Notes: generated by a model not told the origin, from the sequence alone. Positions 9,087-19,555 are shown, counted from the stretch's first letter. The stretch: 50,145 nt of DNA from Gammaproteobacteria bacterium (GCA_050739495.1 JBOIBL010000045.1:1-50145), one strand, 5' to 3'. Program-made: numbers and translations.

Positions 9087-9104
9087 GCATGACAATTGTC
9101 ATGC
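9087..9104. promoter_or_regulatory. 18-bp perfect palindrome GCATGACAATTGTCATGC (operator candidate upstream of the MFS gene)
   Basis: Read directly from the sequence. It lies 87-104 nt upstream of the MFS start and 44 nt downstream of the amidohydrolase stop. It has no loop and no T-tract, so it looks more like a protein-binding site than a terminator. Confidence 0.45.
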
Positions 9105-9147
9105 GATTGCCCATGTATTCACCTACCCGGACCGGAGCAATCACCCT

Positions 9148-10458
9148 TCAGAGTTTATCGACATAGATCGTGCCACCTTTCATCACGAATACCGGATGTT
9201 CGGTATCGCGGATGTCAGTCAGCGGATTGCCGGGCACCGCAACGATATCGGCATCCTTGCCCGCTTCGAGGCTGCCGGTTTCCGTTGCCACACCCAGCAG
9301 TTGGGACGCGTTATGCGTGGCCGCCATGAGCGCTTGCGCCGGTGACATCCCGTTCTTGACCATCAGCGCAAACTCGCGTGCATCCAGCCCGTGCGGTTCG
9401 ACGCCGGAATCGGTACCGAACGCGATCGGTACCCCGATCTTCACCGCATGCTGGAACATGATCTGCATCTGCGCCGCAGCAACCCGTGCTTTGGCAGCGA
9501 TCGCCGGCGGGAACTCATCGGCTTTCTCGCCTACCCAGGCACCGGCGAACAGCGTTGGCACCAGATACACACCCCTGGCTTTCATCTCGCGCAGGGTGTC
9601 GTCCTTCAGGAACGTCCCGTGTTCGATGGAATCGACGCCGGCCTTGATCGCCATCTTTGCCGCGATATCGCCATGGCAATGTGCAGCAACCTTGCGATGC
9701 CAGGCATGCGCTTCAGAGACGATCGCATCCATCTCCGCCTGCGACAATTCCGGCGCATCTACCGGATCGGAAAGCGACAACACCCCGCCCGATGGCATGA
9801 ACTTGATCAGGTCAGCACCATACTTGATCTGGTAACGGACCGCGGCACGGCATTCATCCGGACCATTGCACACTCCCTGTAACGGGCCCAGCGGCGCAAT
9901 ACGCTCCGGTGGATAAGGCGCCTGATCCGCGTGTCCTCCGGTCGCGCCGATGAAATTGTTGGCGATGAGCATGCGCGGCCCTTCGATCACGCCCGCATTG
10001 ATGGCGTTACGCAACCCCAGCGGCACGAAATCACGTCCCCCCACATCACGTACGGTAGTGAACCCGGCTTCCAGGGTCTCGCGTGCATACATCGAACCGT
10101 ACAGCGCCTGTTCGGGCGGAAACCGCATCACGCCATCGTAGAAATCCTTGTACCAGTTGCTCGACATCTGCATGGACAGATGGACATGCGAATCGATGAA
10201 ACCGGGAAGTAATGTCGCGTCCCCCAAATCGATTACCCGGGCGCCCGCCGGCACCTTGATATCGTTACCGACTGCGGCGATCTTGCCAGCTTCGACCAGC
10301 ACCATGCCGTGTTCGGTGAGCTTGCCGGACACCGCGTCGAACAAGTGAGCGGCCTTGAGTACCACCGCTGCGGACGCCGGCGGTGGTGCGGCATACGAGG
10401 ATGCCAGCAATAGCAGACAGCAAGCCAGCAATGACAGGGAAGACGACAGATGACGCAT
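9148..10458 (-). CDS. Secreted amidohydrolase-family metallohydrolase
   Basis: Signal peptide MRHLSSSLSLLACCLLLLASSYAAPP. Motif PGFIDSHVHLS (HxH). Later conserved His and Asp residues are typical of amidohydrolase_1. Confidence 0.85.
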   Translation of the reverse strand: MRHLSSSLSLLACCLLLLASSYAAPPPASAAVVLKAAHLFDAVSGKLTEHGMVLVEAGKIAAVGNDIKVPAGARVIDLGDATLLPGFIDSHVHLSMQMSSNWYKDFYDGVMRFPPEQALYGSMYARETLEAGFTTVRDVGGRDFVPLGLRNAINAGVIEGPRMLIANNFIGATGGHADQAPYPPERIAPLGPLQGVCNGPDECRAAVRYQIKYGADLIKFMPSGGVLSLSDPVDAPELSQAEMDAIVSEAHAWHRKVAAHCHGDIAAKMAIKAGVDSIEHGTFLKDDTLREMKARGVYLVPTLFAGAWVGEKADEFPPAIAAKARVAAAQMQIMFQHAVKIGVPIAFGTDSGVEPHGLDAREFALMVKNGMSPAQALMAATHNASQLLGVATETGSLEAGKDADIVAVPGNPLTDIRDTEHPVFVMKGGTIYVDKL

Positions 10459-10709
10459 GGGGATAGTGCTCCTGATTCAGAACCCGGTACCGGCGGCACC
10501 AGTTGGGGATGCCATGGTTTACCCAAATTCCAGACCCTGTCAAACGGTATCTGGACTGGGCAGTCCAGCACCAACCCCGCGCTGCGCCCGGGCCGCTGCG
10601 GTACGGGTAATATGTAACCCATTCGACCCCCGGTTCTGCTACCCTGAACAGGCTACAGACGAGCGCCGGGGTCCGCCTTGCGATATCTGTCATCTCCCGA
10701 GGCACCTTT

Positions 10710-11816
10710 GTGACGCAACCGCTTCCCCCTGCAACCGCGCAACCCCGCATCCGCTTCAACGAAAATACCGAATTCCAGCACACCCTTCGCCAACGCGCAG
10801 AACTGTTCTTCAGGGAAACGGGGCGGCCGCAGCGCGACTGCCCACGCATGTATCTCAAGACCCTGGTTATCCTGAGTGGATTTGCACTCTCTTATGCGCT
10901 GCTGGTGTTCGTTGCACGGACCTGGTGGCAGGCAGTACCGCTGGCGATGTTGCTCGGCTTCTCGGCCGCCCTGATCGGTTTCAACATCCAGCATGACGGC
11001 GGACACAAGGCCTACTCGAATCGTCCCTGGATCAACAAACTGATGGCCATGAGTCTCGACATGGTCGGCGGCAGTTCTTATGTATGGCGCTGGAAACATG
11101 CCGTGTTCCATCACATGTATGTGAACATCAAAGACCACGATACCGATATCGATCTTGGCATCTTTGGCCGGCTAAGCCCGCATTCCAGGCATCGTGTCTT
11201 TCATCGTTGGCAACACTGGTATCTGTGGCCACTCTACGGAGTGATGGGTATCAAATGGCATTTCTTCGATGACTTCCGCGATGTCGCCATCGGGCGCATG
11301 GGTGAGAACCGGTTCCCACGTCCGCATGGCTGGGAGCTGGCATGGTTTTTCGGTGGCAAGCTGCTGTTCTTCACGCTCGCATTCATCATCCCGTTGCTGT
11401 TACATCCGTTCTGGGTGGTCGCCGTGTTCTATGTAATCAGTGTCGCGGTGACTGGGGTGGTGTTGAGCGTGGTGTTTCAGCTCGCCCATTGTGTGGAAGG
11501 TGCGGAATTCCCGAGCCCTGACCGGCAAAGCGGCCAGATCGACAACACCTGGGCGGTGCATCAGATCGAGAGCACCATCAACTTCGCGCGTAACAACAAA
11601 CTCGTCTGCTGGCTGGTGGGCGGTCTGAATTTCCAGATCGAACACCACCTGTTCCCGCGCATCTGTCACACCAATTACCCGGCGTTGTCGAAAGTGGTCA
11701 AGCAGACCTGTGAGGAATTCGGGGTACGGTACGGTGAGAATCCCAGCCTCCGCTCCGGTATCGCTTCCCACTTCCGCTGGTTGCGACGCATGGGTCTGGC
11801 AAATCAGCCTGGATGA
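10710..11816 (+). CDS. Membrane fatty-acid desaturase family protein
   Basis: Three histidine boxes: HDGGH, HAVFHHMYVN and QIEHHLFP. Hydrophobic segments lie between them. GTG start. Confidence 0.85.
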   Translation: MTQPLPPATAQPRIRFNENTEFQHTLRQRAELFFRETGRPQRDCPRMYLKTLVILSGFALSYALLVFVARTWWQAVPLAMLLGFSAALIGFNIQHDGGHKAYSNRPWINKLMAMSLDMVGGSSYVWRWKHAVFHHMYVNIKDHDTDIDLGIFGRLSPHSRHRVFHRWQHWYLWPLYGVMGIKWHFFDDFRDVAIGRMGENRFPRPHGWELAWFFGGKLLFFTLAFIIPLLLHPFWVVAVFYVISVAVTGVVLSVVFQLAHCVEGAEFPSPDRQSGQIDNTWAVHQIESTINFARNNKLVCWLVGGLNFQIEHHLFPRICHTNYPALSKVVKQTCEEFGVRYGENPSLRSGIASHFRWLRRMGLANQPG

Positions 11817-12103
11817 ACTGCGGCCCGAATGCAGATTTCCTCGACCCCGTGATTGCGCTTGACGGCAAAGTTCCGCTTCCCATGCGCTGATTCCGGTTTA
11901 TGGATGCGATTCAGCGTATCCTGAAACCAACCTCCTGATATGTGCCGGGTGCCGATCGCACCCGACCCGCCCCCCGGACCGTGTCAAGCACGACACGGGA
12001 CTCGACCAAGTATCAGAACCACTCAGGTTATCGGTACCCGCTTGCGCAGCGACATGCAGGACATGTCGTGCCCGGCAGACCGGCCACAGCATCAGGAATC
12101 GTC

Positions 12104-12412
12104 ATGGCATCAGAAATGCTCAATTTCCAGCACGAATTCGGAACTTTTCGTATCCAGTTCGAGATCATTCCACCGCCGCCGGCAGCAAAGCGTCCCAAAG
12201 ATGCAATCAAAGTCTATACGCCGCCACCCAAGTTCCGGGTAAACGGTATCCGGATCACGGAAGTGGTCGAAGAAGGGACCGAAGGTCGCAAGAAATCCCT
12301 GCAATACGGTCGCGATTTCGAAAGCCTGGCACAGGCCAGATCGCAAGCCGGCGAATACGCGAAACGCATCGTGCGGGAACAGATGGGACCAGCGAAACCG
12401 GTCGTCACCTGA
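12104..12412 (+). CDS. Hypothetical protein (102 aa), no recognisable family
   Basis: ATG at 12104 with AGGAA upstream. Codon usage looks coding-like. The longer ORF-track form (11942) has a junk-like N-terminus. Confidence 0.4.
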   Translation: MASEMLNFQHEFGTFRIQFEIIPPPPAAKRPKDAIKVYTPPPKFRVNGIRITEVVEEGTEGRKKSLQYGRDFESLAQARSQAGEYAKRIVREQMGPAKPVVT

Positions 12413-12655
12413 TTGCACCCGAAACCGTATTGATGAGCGACTTCGGTGTGGGCGCTGCCTGCAAATACATGGTGCGTGCGCAACATTCTCAGCCTGGATC
12501 AGGTTTACATCAGATCAGGCCGTTTGCAGGCGTATCCCAGTGCGCAAATCCATGCTGGATTGAGTACCCGTTATAAAATTGCAGTAATACCTGACATCGT
12601 TCAAAATCCGGCCCATCGCACCCTTCAGGCGATTCCATTTGAAGGAGGTTCGGAC

Positions 12656-15600
12656 ATGTCACGCCGATTTCTTGCCTGTGTGCTGGGCATCGCTGTGTCG
12701 CTGTTACCCCTGGCGCTTGCTTCAAAACCAGTCTATCCCGACGCTTCATTGCGAGCTCTTTCCTGGCGCCTGATCGGGCCGTTTCGTGGCGGGCGCGTGA
12801 TCGCCGTTACCGGCGTAACACAACAGCCGTCGACGTTCTATGCCGGCGGTGCTGACGGCGGCATCTGGAAAACCACCGATGCAGGACACGACTGGCAGAA
12901 TGTTTCCGATTGCTGTCTGAAAGTCGGTGCGGTCGGTGCGTTGGCAGTTGCCCCTTCTGATCCGAACATCATCTACGCCGGCACCGGTGAATCCTTCACG
13001 CGCGGTGACATGACCACCGGCGACGGGATCTGGAAATCCGCGGATGCGGGCAAGACCTGGACACATGCAGGGCTCGATGCGACCCGGGTCATCGCCAAGA
13101 TCGTGATCGATCCCCACAATCCCGCGCACGTTTACGCTGCTGCACTCGGTCATGTATTCGGTCCCAACCCCGAGCGCGGCGTATTCGAGACCACGGATGG
13201 CGGCACGACCTGGCGCCGTATCCTTTATGTGGACAACAACACCGGTGCAGTTGATCTGATCATGGCGCCGGATAATCCGGAAGTGCTGTACGCCGCGATG
13301 TGGCAAATCGAACGCAAGCCCTGGCATCTCGAAAGTGGCGGACCGGGAAGTGGACTTTACAAGAGCAGCGATGGCGGGGCGCATTGGACTGATCTGAGTC
13401 ATGAATCCGGAATGCCGTCCGGTCCGTTCGGCAAGATCGGCATTGCGGCATCGGCCGCCGCACCGCATCGCGTCTATGCGTTGATCGAAGCCCACGGTGG
13501 CGGCGTATTCCGTTCCGACGATGACGGAACCACCTGGCAACGGATGTACCACAAGGCGAACATCACGCAACGCGCATTCTATTTCAGCCGTCTGTACGCC
13601 GATGCGCATGATGCGAATCATCTTTATGCACCGCAGGCCGCTGGTCTGATGATATCCACAGACGGTGGCAAGACATTCAAGAGCCGCTACGCACAAGGTG
13701 GTGATCATCATGTCATGTGGATCAACCCGGAACATCCGGAAATGATGATCGTCGGTAACGACGGCGGTGCCACGATTTCACTTGACGGTGGCATCTCGTG
13801 GTCGCGGCTCGACAATCAGCCGCTGGCGCAGTTTTATCATGTCGCCGTTGACGATCAGTTCCCATTTCACCTCTACGGCGCGCAGCAGGACGGTGCGACC
13901 TTTGAAGTCACCAGCCGCGATACTACGGGTTACGGGATAGATCCCGACGCATGGCACATGGTGGCTCAGTGGGAAGACGGTTATGCGGTCCCCATGCCCG
14001 GCCAACCATGGATCACCTATACCGGCGGCGGTGTCGCCGGTCTGTTGGAACGTTACGACAGCCATACCCACCAGAAAGCATTCTTGGGCCCCTGGCCGGA
14101 AGACGCCACCGGCCATCCAGCTGCCGAGCTCAAATACCGCTTTCAGTGGGTATTTCCGGTGATGATCTCGCAACATGCGCCGCATGCTATCTATCTCGGT
14201 TATCAATGCGTCATGAAAAGCGCCGACGGCGGCATGAGCTGGCAGGAAATCAGCCCCGACCTGACTCGCAACGACAAAAGCAAGCAGCAACTTTCTGGAG
14301 GCCCAATCACCATCGATGCAACCTCAGTCGAGTATTACGACACCGTATTCGCATTGGCGGAATCGCCGCTTGCCAAAGGCCTGTTATGGGCCGGCACTGA
14401 TGACGGCAAGGTATGGTTGACACGCGATGACGGTAAACACTGGCACGACGTGACGCCACCGGGTTTGCCGGCATGGGCCACGGTCAGCACCATCGAAGCG
14501 TCGCATTTCAAGACCGGTACTGCGTGGCTGGCGGCACGCCGTTATCGGCAGGATGACTATGCCCCGTATCTTTACGTCACGCATGACTACGGCCAGCACT
14601 GGCAAAAGATCGTGCATGGATTGCCTGATGATGAATCCAGTTTCGTGATCCGGCAGGATACCCGCGACCCCGCATTGCTGTTTGCCGGCACCCTGCGCGG
14701 CATTTACGCTTCGTTCAACGGTGGCGACGACTGGCAGCCACTGCAACTCAATCTGCCACATACAGCAGTGCGCGACATCGCTGTGCAGGCGCGCGCAAGC
14801 GCACTGGCGATTGCGACGCATGGACGTGGTTTCTGGGTGCTCGACGATATCGAACCGTTACGCGAATTGTCGAACGCAGCGCTACAGGCAAACGCATTTC
14901 TGATGACACCCCAGACCGCATGGTTGACTGATGGTCAGCAGGACCCCGATGCCGCCCGCTATCATTCCGGCCTCAATCCGCCCAATGGCGTCAGTGTGTT
15001 TTATCTGCTCAGGCAGGCTCCCGACGATGCCACGCCGCTCAGCCTGAGCTTTACCGATTCAAGGGGCAAACTGCTGGCGAGGTATTCCAGCAACGCCGCA
15101 AAAAGCAGCGGTATGCGGCTCGATGTGGCCAAACCGGGATTGAACCGCTTCGTCTGGGACATGCGCTATCACGCTGACGTCACGCTGCAACCCGATGAAC
15201 AGGTGGTCGCTACCGGCCCCCGGGTGGTACCCGGCACGTACCAGGTCACCCTGTCGATCGACGATCAACATATGACCCGTACCTTCAATATCGACAAGGA
15301 TCCGCGCAACCCTTCGACTCCCGCCGACCTTGAAGCACGCTACCTGTTATTGCGCGATATTCAGGATGACCAAATAAAGATTGCTACTACATTGCAGCAT
15401 ATTGACGTATTGCGCAGCAGACTCGCCAAGCTGCAGAGCTCGGCGTCCGATGTGGCATCGCGGGAACGAATCACGCGCTGGCTCAGTGAGCTCGATCAGA
15501 TCAGTGCGGCACTCGAAGAACCCGCATCCGACGCATACCTTGTCGGACTCCAGCAACCCTCCGGTATCCAGGATCGTCTGGGAACCGTGACGTTCGCGGC

Positions 15601-15724
15601 GGGAGAGTCACTGCTCCGTCCTGCAACCGGCGACATTCAGGTCTGGAAAGCACTGAAAGCCGAGTTCGAGGTTCAGTCGGCAAAACTCCAAGGTATCGAA
15701 GAAGAAATACGGGTGGACAAGTAA
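12656..15724 (+). CDS. Secreted BNR/Asp-box repeat beta-propeller protein (sortilin/VPS10-like, usually annotated as 'glycosyl hydrolase BNR repeat')
   Basis: ATG at 12656 after GAAGGAGG gives the signal peptide MSRRFLACVLGIAVSLLPLALA. There are more than 10 Asp-box motifs, for example KTTDAGHDW, KSADAGKTW, ETTDGGTTW, KSSDGGAHW, RSDDDGTTW, KSADGGMSW and TRDDGKHW. Confidence 0.85.
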   Translation: MSRRFLACVLGIAVSLLPLALASKPVYPDASLRALSWRLIGPFRGGRVIAVTGVTQQPSTFYAGGADGGIWKTTDAGHDWQNVSDCCLKVGAVGALAVAPSDPNIIYAGTGESFTRGDMTTGDGIWKSADAGKTWTHAGLDATRVIAKIVIDPHNPAHVYAAALGHVFGPNPERGVFETTDGGTTWRRILYVDNNTGAVDLIMAPDNPEVLYAAMWQIERKPWHLESGGPGSGLYKSSDGGAHWTDLSHESGMPSGPFGKIGIAASAAAPHRVYALIEAHGGGVFRSDDDGTTWQRMYHKANITQRAFYFSRLYADAHDANHLYAPQAAGLMISTDGGKTFKSRYAQGGDHHVMWINPEHPEMMIVGNDGGATISLDGGISWSRLDNQPLAQFYHVAVDDQFPFHLYGAQQDGATFEVTSRDTTGYGIDPDAWHMVAQWEDGYAVPMPGQPWITYTGGGVAGLLERYDSHTHQKAFLGPWPEDATGHPAAELKYRFQWVFPVMISQHAPHAIYLGYQCVMKSADGGMSWQEISPDLTRNDKSKQQLSGGPITIDATSVEYYDTVFALAESPLAKGLLWAGTDDGKVWLTRDDGKHWHDVTPPGLPAWATVSTIEASHFKTGTAWLAARRYRQDDYAPYLYVTHDYGQHWQKIVHGLPDDESSFVIRQDTRDPALLFAGTLRGIYASFNGGDDWQPLQLNLPHTAVRDIAVQARASALAIATHGRGFWVLDDIEPLRELSNAALQANAFLMTPQTAWLTDGQQDPDAARYHSGLNPPNGVSVFYLLRQAPDDATPLSLSFTDSRGKLLARYSSNAAKSSGMRLDVAKPGLNRFVWDMRYHADVTLQPDEQVVATGPRVVPGTYQVTLSIDDQHMTRTFNIDKDPRNPSTPADLEARYLLLRDIQDDQIKIATTLQHIDVLRSRLAKLQSSASDVASRERITRWLSELDQISAALEEPASDAYLVGLQQPSGIQDRLGTVTFAAGESLLRPATGDIQVWKALKAEFEVQSAKLQGIEEEIRVDK

Positions 15725-15787
15725 AGCGACACGGTTCAACGAGGTCCTTGTCCGCACTGATTCAAACGCTTAACGGACCATCAGATC

Positions 15788-16561
15788 TCAGTCTGCGTTG
15801 ATGAGATCGTAATCGTAGCGGTATTCATAGGCCTTGTCTTGAGCCGTTGGCTTCACCACCAATAGCTGCTTCCTTCCAAATGGCGCGAGCCTGATGTTCA
15901 ATTTGATGGTGCCACAGTCCGGAGTCGTGTTCTTGCATTCGAGCATATAGAAATTCGTCAGCTCCAGCGTCCAGCTGGTGTTGTTCTGGAAATACACACC
16001 CTGAGTCCTGGTTCCAGGTATGTTCTGGATCCAGGTCGATGCAGCATAAGTTGATGGCGTTGCATCGACATTCGCCGGAGGCGCCGGGGCCACGGCCAGC
16101 GGATACATCTGCGACAGTAGCGGATAGCCCTTGTGCAACATGCCGGTGAATTTCACAACATTGAACTGCTGGTCGGTCACCGCCTGGTCTGGCTGGATGC
16201 TCGGCACGATGTCTCCGCCATAGGTGATATGGCCGGCAACAACTGTCAGGCAGCCCAGATCTTCAGTGGAATTAAACACTACCTGCCAATACCGGAAATG
16301 TTTCAGACAGTAACGCCCGGCGTGGACCGGAACCAGGTACAGGGTAGGACCGCCATCGGTATCGGGAACCTCGAAACTCGTGCCGCCCTTATCCTTCGCT
16401 GCATAGGCAATCTGCGTAATGCGGTGCGGCGCGTTCAAAACGATCGCGGCAATACCCTGATCTGCGGATAACTTGAACGGTTGATCTTTCAATTCGGAAG
16501 TTGAGGCGCAGCCTGCCAAAACCGCCCAAAGAATGGCGCAAGTTGCAAATCTGACATCCAT
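15788..16561 (-). CDS. Lipoprotein of unknown function, paralog A of the tandem pair
   Basis: Lipobox LAGC. It shares blocks with the next gene: YL.PV.AG.YC..F.Y, C..V.AG...Y.GD, NNT.W, and a C-terminal C-x7-CG.....I.L pattern ending Y.Y.Y.Y. Confidence 0.7.
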   Translation of the reverse strand: MDVRFATCAILWAVLAGCASTSELKDQPFKLSADQGIAAIVLNAPHRITQIAYAAKDKGGTSFEVPDTDGGPTLYLVPVHAGRYCLKHFRYWQVVFNSTEDLGCLTVVAGHITYGGDIVPSIQPDQAVTDQQFNVVKFTGMLHKGYPLLSQMYPLAVAPAPPANVDATPSTYAASTWIQNIPGTRTQGVYFQNNTSWTLELTNFYMLECKNTTPDCGTIKLNIRLAPFGRKQLLVVKPTAQDKAYEYRYDYDLINAD

Positions 16562-16608
16562 GTTCTTCTCCCTTATCTGTTATCGATACACAAAAATAAT
16601 ATTTCGTG

Positions 16609-17451
16609 TCACCGACCGTATACATCAAACCCGTATTCATAACGGAACTGATAATTATAAGCGCCATCCGGATCGGCAGGGTCAACCTCCATTATCTTTT
16701 TTGTGGCGTGTGCCGGCAGCTTGATATTCGCCTGCTTGACTCCGCATTTTTCCTTCACATTGATACAGTCATATAGCTCGAATGCCGCGATGCGTATCGG
16801 CCATTTGGTGTTGTTCTTGATGAAGATCGTTTGCGACCGGGTGTTGGTGGCATTCTCTGCCCACGCACAGAGTTGTTTGAGTTTGTCGCATTGTGGCTTG
16901 GGCTCGGGCACCTTGACCAGTTCAGGCGCGCCCTGGTTCAAAGTCTCCGCAGGCGCGGCCAGTGCGGGAGCCGCCTGTGGCTGGAACTGCGCGGCGATGC
17001 GCGGATACCGCTGTTTCAACAGGGCTCGGAACGTATCGTAGTTGTATTCCTGATGAACCATGACTTTGCCCTGGTTCACGAGCGGCGACAGATCTCCGCT
17101 ATAGCCCAACTGTCCCGCAGGCACCTGGAAACATGCCAGCTCGGCGCCCTGCCCATAAAACAGGATGTCGCCGTAATGAAACTGCTGGAAACAGTAATGC
17201 CCAGCCGGCACTTGGAACAGATACAGGCTCACTCCGGCCGGCACTGCGGATATTTCAAGGGATTTGCCGCCGCTACCGGCGGGGCGGATAAAGACCTGGG
17301 AAAGTGGATCCAGCGTCTTGAACTCGATCGCTGCGACCCCTTCGCCCTTCCCCAGCACGATCGGCTGATCCTGCTGGATGGGCTGGACGCCGCAGCCACT
17401 CAGCGTGGTCATGACAACCACGCCCAATACCAATCCGGAGATTACGCGCAT
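16609..17451 (-). CDS. Lipoprotein of unknown function, paralog B of the tandem pair
   Basis: Start trimmed to the ATG at 17451 (MRVISGLVLGVVVMTTLSGC, lipobox). It has the same conserved blocks as 15788-16561, plus an extra QCDKLKQLC pair. Confidence 0.7.
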   Translation of the reverse strand: MRVISGLVLGVVVMTTLSGCGVQPIQQDQPIVLGKGEGVAAIEFKTLDPLSQVFIRPAGSGGKSLEISAVPAGVSLYLFQVPAGHYCFQQFHYGDILFYGQGAELACFQVPAGQLGYSGDLSPLVNQGKVMVHQEYNYDTFRALLKQRYPRIAAQFQPQAAPALAAPAETLNQGAPELVKVPEPKPQCDKLKQLCAWAENATNTRSQTIFIKNNTKWPIRIAAFELYDCINVKEKCGVKQANIKLPAHATKKIMEVDPADPDGAYNYQFRYEYGFDVYGR

Positions 17452-17533
17452 ATTCGCACCCCTTGACATGTCCCTATGGAAATCCGGCATCAAACTGTAT
17501 GCCGTTTTCCGATCCGAAACAATCTGCCGCAGA

Positions 17534-17860
17534 TCAAAGATTCAGATCGATGAACGCCTTCAGCTGTGACTTGGACATGGCGCCGACTTTCTGCGCCTCT
17601 ACTGTACCGTTCTTGAACAGCATCATGGTCGGCTGACTGCGCACTCCATACTGGCGCGCGATCTGCGGCTCCAGTTCCACGTTCACCTTGGCGATCCGCA
17701 GCTTGTTCTGATATTCGTCCGCCAGTTCGTCCAGGATCGGCGCCATGGCCTTGCAAGGCGCACACCATTCAGCCCAGTAGTCCACCAGTACCGGCAGTTC
17801 GGATTGGATCACCTGGACCTCGAAGAGCTCCCTGCTTATATCGGTTATCCGTTCACTCAT
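17534..17860 (-). CDS. trxA: Thioredoxin (WCAPC active-site variant)
   Basis: 108 aa. VLVDYWAEWCAPCKAMAPILDE ... KVNVELEPQIARQYGVRSQPTMMLFKNG is a canonical thioredoxin fold sequence. Confidence 0.9.
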   Translation of the reverse strand: MSERITDISRELFEVQVIQSELPVLVDYWAEWCAPCKAMAPILDELADEYQNKLRIAKVNVELEPQIARQYGVRSQPTMMLFKNGTVEAQKVGAMSKSQLKAFIDLNL

Positions 17861-17919
17861 GTCTATTCACCTTGATTTCAAGTTTGCAAGTGGTACACGT
17901 TTTTACGGTCGATGAATAC

Positions 17920-19509
17920 TTATATTCGCTTGCCTAAGGAACTACCGTGATCAACCTCACGAATTGACAGCCACGCAATCACACCACTCAATGCAGCAAG
18001 CGCGGCGCATAGCAGCAACAGGATACGGAACATATCCACATAAGCAGATCCGACTGCATCACGTATTGAAATTCTCAACGACTCTGAAACTTCGGATGGT
18101 GGTGTGAGTTTCGCAAGCTGCGTCGCATGGCTGTTCAGTTGCTTTACGAGAACTGGAGGTACCCCATGTTCACGCAGGCGCTCGTCGAGGGCTCCGGAAA
18201 AATATCCTACTGCGATAGCAGTGAAAGCGGCGACGGCAAGTACGCCGGCAAAACGCGCTGCAGTATTGTTTACTCCCGATGCAATCCCGGCCTGGGCTTC
18301 GCTGACCGAGTCCATCACCACCGTGGTCAATGGTGCCACGCTGACGGTCATGCCGATGCTGATGATGACGATACCGGGCAGAAACCCGTTGAGATAGCTC
18401 GCATACATGCCGGGAATTGCCAGGATGATAAAACCCAACGCAGTAATCAAAGGCCCCAGCGTGAGAACCACACGGGCATTGAAACGCCGGATCATGCCCC
18501 CTGCAAATGTGGAGCCCAATCCCAGGATAAGCGTGAAAGGCAGAAAGGCCGCGCCGGCTTGCAATGCCGAATACCCCTGCACCTGGATCAGATTGAATGG
18601 CAGGAAGTAGAGCGCGCCGCTCAACGCACAATAGAGCAGCAAGGTCATGAAATTCGCGCCGCTGAACGGTCGGGAACGGAACAAGCCCAGCGGCAGCATC
18701 GGCGTCGCATATACCCGTTCACGTTGCAGGAAGATTGCGCCAAACAGCACAGCCAAGCCCGACAGCAGCAGTTTTTGCGCAATACCCGCCGAGTTTACCA
18801 ACGCATATATCAGCAGCCCCAGAGTGCCCGCCAATAGCAGCGCGCCGGGATAATCCAGACGTGTTTTATTCTCCGCTGGACTGACCGGAACCCGCCACCA
18901 GGCAATCAATATCGTCACCAGCGCAAACGGTGGCATCAACAGGAATACTGCCTGCCAGCCCCACCGATCCACCAGCCAGCCGCCGATTACCGGCCCCAAG
19001 GCGGTAGTCAATGCCGACGCACCGGCCCAGGTACCGATGGCGCGGCCACGTTCATGCACATCGAAATGTTTGCCGATCAAGGCCAGACTCGTCGGTACCA
19101 GCAAGGCACCGCCGAAACCCTGCACCAACCGCGCCACGATCAGCATCGGCAGCGAAGATGCCAAGGCACAGCCCAGTCCGCCAATACCAAAGATCGCTGT
19201 CCCGGATATGAAGATGCGCCGCAGACCGTAACGATCACCGAGCGAACCGCCGATCAGCATGAACGAACCCAACACCAGCAGATACGCGTTTATTACCCAT
19301 TGCAGATCGGTGGAGGTCGCTTGCAAACTGGTCTGCAACGCCGGCAGCGCAAGATTCACTACTGAACTTTCGATAAAAGCCAGACTCGACCCCAGGATCG
19401 CAGTCGCCAGTATCCAGGGTTTGTCGCGTTGTGGACACGGAATGATGCGGCGTTGAAACTCAGCCCGTGTTTTATCGCAGGGTTGCCTTGCAGCGTAAGC
19501 GATAGTCAT
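17920..19509 (-). CDS. MFS transporter, DHA2 (EmrB/QacA-like, 14-TMS) family
   Basis: 529 aa. VVNLALPALQTSLQATSTDLQWVINAYLLVLGSFMLIGGSLGDRYGLRR is the DHA2 signature region. Confidence 0.85.
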   Translation of the reverse strand: MTIAYAARQPCDKTRAEFQRRIIPCPQRDKPWILATAILGSSLAFIESSVVNLALPALQTSLQATSTDLQWVINAYLLVLGSFMLIGGSLGDRYGLRRIFISGTAIFGIGGLGCALASSLPMLIVARLVQGFGGALLVPTSLALIGKHFDVHERGRAIGTWAGASALTTALGPVIGGWLVDRWGWQAVFLLMPPFALVTILIAWWRVPVSPAENKTRLDYPGALLLAGTLGLLIYALVNSAGIAQKLLLSGLAVLFGAIFLQRERVYATPMLPLGLFRSRPFSGANFMTLLLYCALSGALYFLPFNLIQVQGYSALQAGAAFLPFTLILGLGSTFAGGMIRRFNARVVLTLGPLITALGFIILAIPGMYASYLNGFLPGIVIISIGMTVSVAPLTTVVMDSVSEAQAGIASGVNNTAARFAGVLAVAAFTAIAVGYFSGALDERLREHGVPPVLVKQLNSHATQLAKLTPPSEVSESLRISIRDAVGSAYVDMFRILLLLCAALAALSGVIAWLSIREVDHGSSLGKRI

Positions 19510-19555
19510 ATGGACTCCCCTTCAGCTCAAGCGCTACGTCAATTGTGCGATGCTT

